A stretch of 49,089 bases of DNA from Octopus bimaculoides. Its lineage: Eukaryota. The notes under the pieces were generated by a model that ran no database searches, had not been told where the DNA came from, and saw only the letters and a program-made list of their open reading frames with translations. The stretch spans positions 5,549,557-5,598,645 of the forward strand of contig NC_068987.1 in NCBI RefSeq assembly GCF_001194135.2. The letters run 5' to 3'. Below, piece by piece: positions 12,111 through 22,384 of the stretch (within the stretch, counting starts at the first letter, position 1; each line of letters opens with the position of its first letter). A program made the translations under genes and the position numbers.

Positions 12111-12517
12111 GTATAGAACATAGGGACCCACCGTCAGAGTAAACACCAGCACCACTACCATCACGCTTACCGTCTTAAAACAAGAAGGACCGCTGATGGA
12201 GTTTGGTAGATAGGGATTTGCGGGTGGATGAAAGTCGGAGAGGTTGCGGTTGGGAAGTTGGTCCCAGTCGTTATAAATCACTGTCCCCTTTTTGTTGTGA
12301 GGTGAAAAGTAGGGATCGGCGTTCGTACTGCAGCGTATCCACCTTGCTCACCCCGTCCACCTGCTTCATTTCTGAAAGGGGATACATTAAGACATTTTTG
12401 TCAATGATGAATATATCATAATATGGGGCGGTTAAGGTGGGGACGTGTTTTGATAGTGGGCCTGAATAAGGCCTAGCTGGAGCTAAACACTAAAGACAAA
12501 GAAGAACAACAATAGTA

Positions 12518-12627
12518 AAGAACGGTAATCATCATCGTCATCGTCATCATCATCATCGTCACCATCATCATCAACGTCATCGTCATCACCATCATTGTCG
12601 TCATCGTCATCATCATCATCATCATCG

Positions 12628-12660
<33 letters not shown>

Positions 12661-12712
12661 CCATGACCACGACCACCACCACCACCGCCTCCACCACCAC
12701 CACCACCACCAT
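12518..12712. repeat. (CAT/CGT)n grading into (CAC)n
   Basis: Seen directly. Confidence 0.9.
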
Positions 12713-12718
12713 GCGTAC

Positions 12719-13697
12719 ATCGCATCCGTCATCTTGACTGCCATTCCTCGCCCCGTTTTATGGTTGACCAAGCTGGTTCGCTTACTGTTCCGCTTTCTGT
12801 GGAAGGGGCGCGTTCCACTGGTCAGGCGCTCCATCTGCTGTCAACAGCCGCTGAATGGAGGGCTGGGCATGCCGTGCTTATTGACTCGCAGACATGCGCT
12901 GAGATTGCGGCATCTCCAGCGTTTCCCTGACGGTGAGCAGCTGTGCTCACCTTTTGTAAGAGATACTTTTCCACAACTCGTCTGTTTGACTGTACTGCAA
13001 TCCTGGATTAGGCGTAGACCGAGGAGGGGCGATTGGCACCTCGAGTACCGTCAAGCGCTCACAGCCCTCCGCCAGGCGAGCAATGCGGTCAGTGGTTGTT
13101 CCACTCTAGCGTTCTATAGAGGGCTAGTGCGACGATGTTCTCGGGGAAACGCTGGGCGTCGATGAGGATCAACTAACCGGTCAATTTCGGAGAACTTCCT
13201 GGCCTGGGCCTATCGATAACTTCCAGAAATCATTTGCCTGGCAGTGTTACCGAGGGGCGCTTCCTGTTCGGGACGAACTTTACAGGTACGGAAGTGCCGT
13301 CAACTGGGCTTGCCTGAGGTGCACCCATGACGATGAAACCCTTCTGCACGCCCTAATCCAGTGCCCGGGTATTGCTGACCTGTGGGTTTATGTCGAACAC
13401 CAGCTGAATCCATTGTGAAGACTGCTCCCACCGCCCTCTTTTGGCCGGGAGAGGAAGGCAATTTTTATTTGTCTAGTGGCTGTAGTGAACGAGGTAGTAT
13501 GGTGAACCCGTTTGAAAGGGCTAAAGACAGACACTTTCCTCTTTGGCCAAGCCCTCATCAACTTTTTCAAGTTTCCCTTGAAAAGGAAGTTGAGGATGGA
13601 GAGAGAAGTGTTGCCTCGTAACAAGCTTGTTGAAAGGTGGGTGAATGCTGGAAGAATGACCAGTGTGAAAGGACCAATTCTGAGCTTGCACCTATGA
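12719..13697 (+). mobile_element. 5'-truncated, frameshifted L1-clade (Tx1-like) LINE ORF2 C-terminal region
   Basis: Reads LFRFLWKGRVPLVRRSICCQQPLNGGLGMPCL (post-RT motif FLW...GGLG.P), then FQKSFAWQCYRGALPVRDEL...CLRCTHDDETLLHALIQCPGIADLW (zf-RVT-type CxxC...ET..H...C), ending ...ERWVNAGRMTSVKGPILSLHL* at 13697. Confidence 0.9.
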
Positions 13698-14039
13698 AAA
13701 GGGAATCANNNNNNNNNNNNNNNNNNNNNNNNNNNNNNNNNNNNNNNNNNNNNNNNNNNNNNNNNNNNNNNNNNNNNNNNNNNNNNNNNNNNNNNNNNNN
13801 NNNNNNNNNNNNNNNNNNNNNNNNNNNNNNNNNNNNNNNNNNNNNNNNNNNNNNNNNNNNNNNNNNNNNNNNNNNNNNNNNNNNNNNNNNNNNNNNNNNN
13901 NNNNNNNNNNNNNNNNNNNNNNNNNNNNNNNNNNNNNNNNNNNNNNNNNNNNNNNNNNNNNNNNNNNNNNNNNNNNNNNNNNNNNNNNNNNNNNNNNNNN
14001 NNNNNNNNNNNNNNNNNNNNNNNNNNNNNNNNNNNNNNC

Positions 14040-14197
14040 ATCACCACTGCTGTTACAACCGTCAGCGTTACTGCTTGTGTCATCAGAGTCACTTTCCTCT
14101 CGTGGCAACCATCACGAGATCCCCTCCTCTTCCCTCTTCCCGCGTTGACGACAACAAGCGGAGCAATGGCGACGGAGAGAACGACGACGACGACGAC

Positions 14198-14229
<32 letters not shown>

Positions 14230-14520
14230 CGATGATGACGAGACGATGGCGATGATGATGATGATGACGATCATGATGACAAAAATGATGATGACGAAAA
14301 TGATGATGACGATGACGCCGCCGCCGCCGCTGCCGACGACAATGATGATGATGACGATGATGATTATGATTATGATTTTTGCCGACTGTGGAGAAGATAT
14401 CGATGACGACGACAATGTTGCTGCTGGTGCTGCTGGTGCTGCTGCTGCTACATATGATGATGATGATGATGGTGTTGGTATTGGTCGGGGCGGTGGTGGT
14501 GTTGATATGTGACGATAACA
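14040..14520. repeat. (GAT/GAC/GCT/GGT)n trinucleotide mosaic
   Basis: Seen directly. Confidence 0.85.
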
Positions 14521-14611
14521 ATGACTACCGCTCCCCCCACCTTCAAACTACGCTAATAGTCTCTAACTCCCACAATATATTTCCTTTCATTTATTCTGCC
14601 GTCAATTGTTG

Positions 14612-14656
<45 letters not shown>

Positions 14657-14820
14657 TCTTTACTTTCATCTTTTCATCTCGTTGTCTCCCTCCTTTCTCT
14701 GTCTGTCCGTCTGTTCTCTTTCTCTCTCCTTCTCCCTCTTTCTCTTCAGATTTCTTCTTCTTCTTCTTCTTCTTCTTCTTCTTCTTCTTCTTCTTCTTCT
14801 TCTTCTTCTTCTTCTTCTTC

Positions 14821-14851
<31 letters not shown>

Positions 14852-15260
14852 CTGTCTCTCTGTCTCTCTCTGTCTCTGTCTCTCTCTGTGTGTGTCTCTC
14901 TCTCTGTGTCTGTCTCTCTGTCTCTCTGTCTCTCTGTCTCTCTGTCTCTCTCTCTCTCTCTCTCTTCACCTCCATTACCTTTTCTAAATCTCTCTCTATG
15001 TACCTTCTCTATCCTCCCTCCTTCTCTCTTTCCCAATCTTCTTTACTTTTTCTTCTTCATCACAATCTCCCCCCCCCTCATCCTCTCCACCTCTCTGCCT
15101 TTTCCTTTCAAAGTCTCTCCGTCTTATTTTCTCCTCCCTCTTCTCTCTCTCTGACTTTTCTCTCTTCCCGACTTCAATTTCTTTATCACCATCCCTTCCT
15201 CGTCTCCGTTTTTTCTACTTTCACTTTCACAATCTCTGTTCTCTGCTTTCACTATATTTA
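14612..15260. repeat. Pyrimidine-rich tract: (CT)n, (CTT)n, (CTCTGT)n
   Basis: Plus strand is overwhelmingly C/T over about 650 bp. Confidence 0.9.
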
Positions 15261-15268
15261 CATGAGAA

Positions 15269-15370
15269 GGCGCGTGGCTTAGTAGCTACTGTATTTAGCT
15301 AACGATCGTAGGATCGTGAGATCGGTTCCCGGCGATACGTTGTGTCCTTCAGCAAGATACATTATTTCTC
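15269..15370 (+). mobile_element. SINE family C, 5' head only
   Basis: ggcgcgtggcttagtag...acgatcgtaggatcgtgagatcggttcccggcgatacgttgtgtccttcagcaagatac is homologous to the reverse complement of 35350-35431. Confidence 0.7.
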
Positions 15371-16004
15371 GTTCATCAAACCAACACTGCCAAAACTCTA
15401 TTCTGCGCACCCCCCCGCCGCCACTGTTAACATCAACATTGTCATGACTGTAAACACGAAGAGCAGCAGCGCTAACTAGTTTTAGTCTTTGCATTTCTGT
15501 TCTTCTTCTTCTTCTTCTTCTTCTTCTTCTTCTTCTTCTTTCTTTTCTTTTTCTCCTCCTCCTCCTCCTCCTCCTCCTCCTCTTCCTTCNNNNNNNNNNN
15601 NNNNNNNNNNNNNNNNNNNNNNNNNNNNNNNNNNNNNNNNNNNNNNNNNNNNNNNNNNNNNNNNNNNNNNNNNNNNNTCCTCTCCTCCTCCCCTCCTCCT
15701 CCTATCTATGCCACTTCACTTTTCACCACCAAACATCACCCAAGTAATCCAACAACAACTGCAACAACCACATCAACGTTCATTTAATTTACCACTAATG
15801 CAACTCACTTCCGCTGTTAATGCACCGATAGAGAAAAAAAAGCATGAACGTCACAACTTCCATCTCCGCTGTTAAATATAAATTAAAATCAGTTTTTGGA
15901 GCGGTTAATTACTAAACAATCAATGCAATGCTAAAACGACGAACTCAAAAAAGTTCATGCATTACGATTATGTTTCTGAGATCGCATCCCAGCAAGTCCC
16001 ATTA

Positions 16005-16178
16005 TTTCCTTGGAGCATTTCGTCTGTCTTTACGTTCTGAATTCAAATTCCGCCGAGGTAGACTTTATCATTCATCCTTTCGGGATTGATAAATTAAGTG
16101 CCAGTGAAATATTGGGGTCGATGTAATCGACTAGTCTGCTCCCCCAAAATTTCAGGCCTTGTGTCTATAATAAAAAGG
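16005..16178 (+). mobile_element. SINE family B, 5'-truncated
   Basis: tttacgttctgaattcaaattccgccgagg...ttcatcctttcggg...ggggtcgatgtaatcgact. Confidence 0.85.
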
Positions 16179-16288
16179 ATTATTTCCCTGGGGCGTATTG
16201 AGAGCTTTCTGGTATCGAAACATTGTTGCTATTTGAAAAGCGTTGCATGGAAGTTACGTAAAATATTTCACAAAAATGTCCTCGTTTA

Positions 16289-16570
16289 AAAGGAATTTTA
16301 TCTAAATCTTTATTTAATCCCAACGGATTACTTGGACCTCCTTCATGTAAAAAAAATGTAAAACAAAAAAAAAAATGAAAACAAAATGTAGCATTATCAA
16401 CAGAAAACCCTCCTCAAATCCAATAAGCTAAAACTTCACCAATATAAGGAACAACAGAAACCAAATTAGTAATCACTGTAGCCCCTCAAAATGACATTTG
16501 ACCCCAAGGTAAAACATATCCAACAAACCCAGTCAATATTACCAAAATATATAATAACACTCCAAATTTT
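16289..16570 (-). pseudogene. CYTB: Nuclear copy (NUMT) of mitochondrial cytochrome b with internal deletions
   Basis: Minus strand in the invertebrate mitochondrial code (TGA=W, ATA=M) reads [60 protein letters not shown], then FCFHF, then [26 protein letters not shown]. These are diagnostic cytochrome b motifs. Confidence 0.95.
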
Positions 16571-16961
16571 TTATTGTAACCTTCAGACCTAATAAATATA
16601 CAAGACAACTACTAACCAGTTACCTCTAATCCGAATTAAAACCCCACTGGAGCTTATGAACGCTGTACCCCTAAAAGCAGTCGTAAGAGAAGTAAGCTCT
16701 GTTCATTGTGTAACAGAATCAGTAAAGTCAACTCCACCATTAATTAGAAGAGAAATTATATAATTTATAAAGAAGGTGGAATCTGCAACAATTTTCGTTC
16801 GTGTGCGCAGCTGAAGCACCAAACAACTTGATTTATGTTCGTTGCGCAACAGATAAATTAAAATAAAACATTTAATCGTCATTGGTATGACGTCAGGTAC
16901 AGCAACACTATTTCGACGGAACTCGCCGAGTATTTTACGTAAGAGAACAACAGTGACAGCA

Positions 16962-17825
16962 TGGTTGCACTTTTGGGCTGGAATGCTCTTTGCATTATGA
17001 GTAGTTTTCTAGATTTCCGGCTTAGCCACTCTTATTCTTCTTTCCGCCAATTGATAATACCTTCACCATACCTCGATAATGCTATGTAATGATTTCAGCA
17101 CGAGTCTAACTCTTCAGAGATACTCTTCTGCCAAGCCTTTCTTTATCTTTTCCATCACTTCATTTACCTTCAATAGGCCCAAGTATTTATACACAGTATT
17201 GTCTATTCTTTTCATTATTTTCCCTGATAATAATTCTATACCTTCAAGTCTGTTGTCAGGAATATTACTCCACATTTTCTTGACCAAATTCCATCCTCAT
17301 GTCCTTGCTAAAACAATGAACTGTGTTCAGTAAGGAACTGGCTTGAGCTTCGTTCTTACCATACAGCTTGAGATCATCCATAAATAACAGATGGTTGATC
17401 TTATGCTGTTCTCCTTTACACTCATATCCAGATGGTACTTTACTCAACAGCAATGTTAAGGGATTCATTTATAAAAGAAACAGTGAAGGGGACAGTCTCA
17501 TTGAAAAAATACTTCTCTTGATTTTTAACGCTCCTAGGTTCGATGTTTATGATGTGAGCTCTCTCTTCTAACTTTCTACGCCTTTTCTAAGAAAAGCTTC
17601 TGAAATTCTTAGCGATGTCAAACATATACAAACATTCAATGATCAATGGATGCGGTATCATATCATAGGACTTGCGAATATCTATTCAGTTCATTGATAA
17701 CCTTGTCTTCTTTTGCTTCCAGTCGTTCATCGCTATTTTATCTGTGAGTAACTGGTCTTTAATTCGCCTGAAATTCTGTTTACAGCCATTCTGCCCGCAA
17801 TAACGAACTCAAAATGGTTGCAAAT
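16962..17825 (-). mobile_element. R4/Dong-clade non-LTR retrotransposon, RT core (3' piece; endonuclease end missing)
   Basis: Minus strand with stops and frameshifts: ICNHFE, QNGCKQNFRRIKDQLLTDK, IDIRKSYDMIPH, IFQ*..LSPSLF, MNPLTLLLSKVPSGYE..KINHLLFMDDLKLYGKNE, VYKYLGLL, EEYL.RVRLVLKS, RYGEGIINWRKEE, RKSRKLLIMQRAFQPKS. Confidence 0.9.
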
Positions 17826-18827
17826 GGAAAATCTGACGACATTAATAAATAATTTTGATCGTCAGGATAACTGTACAAGTGGACTTCAGATTGAAAATGA
17901 TTAAGTCATAATTAACGTGCTTGAGTTTGTAAATACGAAACATTGAATGCGTGTGTGGTTTGAAAAAAATCTCATCAGTGAAAAATAAATAAATACTGAA
18001 AGTTAACAGAATTTTGGACCACAGAAAAAATAACAGAAACCAATAAGTTTATCAAAGCATTTCGCAGAGTTGTTGCGGAAAACTTGTGATTCAAAGTCAA
18101 TATAAAACCAAACGCTACGAGAAATACACAAAACAAAGACCCATGGTGGAAAAGAAGAATATTAGGAGACATAAATAAGCTTAGTGATGTTTCGGTATTG
18201 GAAAGAAAGAGAAAAGGTGAGCTTAGCAATGGTTATAAATATGACAGACTGTAAAAGAATATATGGTACTGTTAGAAAAGGTCTGAATGTTGTAATTGAA
18301 GAATTAAAACATCGCTTATCATCAAAGAATGAAGCAGAAAAGGCAAAAGAATAGATTATTCCAAAATGATCGGAAGAAAAAATTTATCAAGAAATACGTA
18401 GAGAAAACACACACGAAAGAGTTATGCCAGAAGCAGAAGACAATCATAGGAGTAAGATATGGAATAAGGATGAGCAACGTAATGCTAAGATTAATTGGTG
18501 AGAAAATTTGGAGGAGTTTGTTTCTTGTCCACAAGAAGAAGAAATTAGAATTGAAAAAAAAAAAAAAGAGTTGTGCGACAAGGAAGGAGGACCTGGCGGT
18601 ATTAAGGGACATTGGATAAAGAAGCTGACAAGATGTCATAAAAGAATAGCAGGACAGCTTAATGTATTGATCAAGGGAAATAAAATGATTGCTGAATGGA
18701 AAAGTACTGGACGAAAAGTTTCTGTGCTTGAAGGATACTTCAAAAAAGGAATGTTCTGGATAAATGCAGACACATAACTTGCGTTCTACTGACATGAATA
18801 TTGCCTACTGGAATAATCGCTGATGAA

Positions 18828-18830
<3 letters not shown>
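17826..18830 (+). mobile_element. R4/Dong-clade element, region upstream of the RT core, inverted relative to 16962-17825
   Basis: Plus strand: ITETNKFIKAFRRVVAENL, KDPWWKRRILGDINKL, KGLNVVIEELKHRL, NRLFQND..KFYQEI, GPGGIKGHWIKKLTRCHKRIAGQLN, ending GIIADEI at 18830. The first 130 bp or so are not clearly assignable. Confidence 0.85.

Positions 18831-18903
<73 letters not shown>
18828..18903. repeat. (ATT)n microsatellite, which reads (TAA)n on the minus strand
   Basis: Seen directly; abuts the inverted R4/Dong piece. Confidence 0.95.
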
Positions 18904-18906
<3 letters not shown>

Positions 18907-18944
18907 CATATCAAGAAGTGAGGAAGGGTTAAGAATTTCGCAAA

Positions 18945-19150
18945 TATATTTTAACGGATCTATTAAACCAAGCTGAACTCGAATACAAATTACATGGGAA
19001 GGTAAGCAACCATTTATTTCATGAACGACTTTACGCTGTTCACTAAGGTTGATAGACAACTAGAAGCGTTGCTGCAGGCAAGAATTCAAATAAAATCTGC
19101 ATTAAAAATGGAGCTAAGATGACCTTTAAGAGAGGAAAATTAATTAAGAA
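18945..19150 (+). mobile_element. R4/Dong-like RT fragment (catalytic motif region), second subfamily
   Basis: With frameshifts: LLNQAELEYKLHGKVSNHLF, MNDFTLFTKVDRQLEALLQ, AKMTFKRGKLIK, resembling HLFYMDDLKLYAKNDRQL...AK.TFKRGKL. Confidence 0.7.
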
Positions 19151-19191
19151 ATAATGAAAAAAAAACAAAAAAAAAAAACACGTCAAAACAA

Positions 19192-19500
19192 ATATAGGCG
19201 TAGACGTGACTGTGTGATTAGAAGTTTGCTTCTCAATCACTTGGTTCAGGGTTCAGTTCTATCACGTTACACTTCGGCCAAGTGTCTTCTACTATAGCCT
19301 TAATCCGACCAAAGCTTTGTTAGTAAATTTGGTAGACAGAAAATTGAAAGAAGAGCGGCAAGCTGGCAGAAACGTGAGCACGCCGGGCAAAATGCTTGGC
19401 GGTATTTCGTCTGCCGTGACGTCCTGAGTTGTTCGATCAAATCCTTCAAGGAATTGCCCCAGCATGGCCGCACTCCCATGACTGAAACAAATAAAATGGA
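19192..19500 (+). mobile_element. Composite: SINE A head, SINE B head, SINE A tail
   Basis: A head to ...gaaaattgaaagaag (about 19352), then agcggcaagctggcagaaacgtgagcacgccgggcaaaatgctt (B head), then gccccagcatggccgc...gactgaaacaaataaaa (A tail). Confidence 0.75.
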
Positions 19501-20437
19501 ACCAGTAAAAGATAAAGGAAAACTGATTCCGACATCGTCAATATACTGTAAAATACAATCAAAATTAAAAAAAAGGTTGAGCAAATCTTGAGAGCTTCTG
19601 CGCAAGGACTTCGCTCTTGAATAAGATTTCCACGCTCTCGAACCACCTCGCCCCGGTAACATGATCTCTATTTGTCCATAGTCTTTGAGGGATCTTTTCA
19701 CCAGGGCATCGACTGCTGTTTCTAGACGTCAGTTTTTATTGGCATATGGCGACACACAACATCATCTTCCGAACAGTTGCTGTCAAAACCTCGGCTGGAA
19801 TGCAGTCTCTAGCTCTCTTTGGGTTCATTTTCACAAGGAATTCAGTCGTGTCTGGCGTGCCTCGTCGCTTAGAGAAAACGAGAAATATTGTGTTGATTTT
19901 ACTTCCATTCCAACAAAAGATTTTCTGTCTTTCGAATCGCTACCACTACGCACGTTGTCGTCGTCGTTATAACCGTTGCTATTCCTGATGCTGATGTAGT
20001 TGTCGTTGTTGCTGTTGTTACTGCTATTGCTGCCGGTTTCTTTTTGTTGCAGCTGGTACCGTTGTTAATTGTGTTGTTGAAATTATTTTCCTTAATGTTG
20101 TTGTTTACCATTACTGCTTTCATTGTTGTTATTGTTTTTGTTGTTCTCGTGTAAATTATTTTCTCATGAAGCTGAGACGATTTTCCTGATACTTCTTGAA
20201 TCTGATAGGGAGCCTTACCGCTGCCATAATTCCAAACCAGAAAAAGAATCAGACGAAAGCAAATAAACATTACAAAAATTGTACCTTTTATGGCACACAT
20301 TGGTACCCCACTCCACCTCTTGCACTAGTTAAAGCTTAACCAAAATTGCAACAGCGAATAAATTCTTTCCAACAAAATTTAGCAAACCCCGGAGAGACGA
20401 TGCGACGTACAATCAGCACAAACGGTAATAATAGTAA

Positions 20438-20523
<86 letters not shown>

Positions 20524-21613
20524 ATAATAATACCAATAACAATAATATTTTTATTATTGTTGTTAATCTTGTTGATTGTCATTAAAAATTTTTTTAATAA
20601 ACTAATTACATTGAAAAAACTTGCATAAAGATAAAACGGAAAATTTTAGAAATACAAAATATAAAATCGGAATAGCTCTTTAAAAATTAGCAACAAAAAA
20701 ATGGAGAGACATTGCTCTCTATGTCTAATGTTCTTTAAGACTCAATAGAAGGTAAGTTAGCGTGATAGCCAACGATAGCTGAAAGGCACTGAACTAAAAC
20801 CAAAAAACGAAAATTCTAATTTTAGCTGCATGACATCTTTATTTTGCTACAAAAATAAATACAAAATGAAAATCAGAATTAAAACATGACTAAAATCAAC
20901 TCCAGATTTTGTAATCAGTTCACAGAATTAAGAGAATGCACCGTTTCTGACTGCGCAGTTTTTAAGAAAAGAAGAGAGAATATATCCATAAATGCCATCA
21001 GTTAAGTAATATCTCCTGAACAAAACGTCGACATGAAATTTGAAAATGCTGTACGTTTGAACAAAAATATGAACACTACACCAGTTCGTAACTTTAAATG
21101 GTGTCCAAAAAATAGCCCAAGTATAGTTCAGATCTTGGACAAGATATTTCCAATTTATTACAACTCACTCAAAACGCAACACAAGCTTCATATCACTGAG
21201 AGAATCAGTTTTCCCAAACGTGTTGAAATTCTATTTTCTTTAATAATCTAGCTTTTGAGGTGTCACTTAGATCAATCTTATTTGCAAACAACTTGGATAC
21301 AAGTGCTGTCTGTCAAAAGCTTCTCATACCGGACAGTAGCGGGCTTTTGGAGTCATCAGGAGGGAACGCACACCGTTTTGGGGAGGCCTTCCTCTCGACG
21401 GCATTATTATGCCACTTCCCTCTTTACTCAGGTGAAACCCCACTCGCTAGATCAATTTCTTCTAGCCATTAATAATCATCTCTTTTTAACAAAATCCTGA
21501 TGTTCTCTTTAAGAACATGATATTGTAGGAATCTTTTTTCCAAAGTGCATCGTGCATCACCTGAAAATTCGTACAAAGCAACGAACAGAGACGGCAAATT
21601 ATGAAACGTTTCT

Positions 21614-21979
21614 CTTATAAAAGGAGCTCAGATGCTATACTATAGAAGGAGATCAGATGCTACTTATAAAAGGAGCTCAGATGGTACTTCTAAAAGGAGC
21701 TCAGATGCTACACTAAATAAAGAGGTCACATGCTACTTAGAAAAGGAGCTCAGATGCTACATATAAAAGGAGCTCAGATGCTACACTATATAAAGAGGTC
21801 ACATGCTACTTATAAAAGGAGTGCAGATGCTACTTATAAAAGGAGCTCAAATGCAACTTATAGAAGGAGCTCAGATGCTATACTATAGAAGGAGCTCAGA
21901 TACTACTTATAGAAGGAGCTCAGACGCTATACTACAGTAGGAGTTCAGATGCTACTTATAAAAGGAGCTCAGATGCTAC
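21614..21979. repeat. Minisatellite, 15 units of 24 or 25 bp, consensus TACTTATAAAAGGAGCTCAGATGC
   Basis: Units counted directly, for example 21661-21684, 21685-21708, 21709-21733 (25-bp variant) and 21953-21976. Confidence 0.95.
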
Positions 21980-22004
21980 AAAGAAACGAACAATTCTTAT
22001 GTTC

Positions 22005-22365
22005 TCAGAAACAATGAAGTTCCCAACTCCTCGTTGAAGCATTTAGCAATTAACAAACTATCCAAAAGCCGGAAACAAAACCTGAATAGCTTATTGAGGA
22101 TAAAAAAATCCTCCTTTATACACGTGACTCAGGAAGCAACAAAGCCTGAACGCTACAGCCCCATAATCTTCCTGCCTTACAACTTGCAAATCATTAACCG
22201 TAATATTACAAAAGATAATTAAGTACATGTGGAAAGAAAAATACGAGAGACTGTGAATCCTGTGAGTTGTAAAGATCAATTATTGATTAACAAAATCAGA
22301 ATCGATCACTGTAAAATAAAAAAAATAAAAAATCCAAGATTCTAAACATGACCTGGATTGACATT
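22005..22365 (+). mobile_element. R4/Dong-like RT N-terminal fragment, second subfamily
   Basis: With stops and frameshifts: QLLVEAFSN, PETKPE*LIEDKKILL, EATKPERYSPIIFLP, SCKDQLLINK, LNMTWID. Confidence 0.75.
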
Positions 22366-22384
22366 TTTTAACTTTTACTTTCTT

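Noticed and set aside
12200-12410. Possible L1/Tx1 ORF1 remnant (TCFISERGYIKTF resembling a zinc knuckle)
   Set aside because: Only one of the metal ligands is retained and the frame is broken; too weak to call.
19620-19900. Possible LINE ORF1 remnant on the minus strand (ARWFESVEILFKSE)
   Set aside because: Vague resemblance only, with no diagnostic motif.
20740-20751. 12-nt micro-exon candidate (taag|ACTCAATAGAAG|gtaagt)
   Set aside because: The donor is perfect but the acceptor is weak (AAG, short pyrimidine tract); such donors occur by chance at this scale.
20900-21560. Minus-strand coding-like stretch including FANKIDL, resembling the NKxD GTPase motif
   Set aside because: Multiple stops and no other GTPase motif; may be an unrecognised decayed transposon. 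BLASTX would settle it.
21614-21979. CRISPR-like array
   Set aside because: Units are directly adjacent with no unique spacers, there are no cas genes, and the context is eukaryotic.
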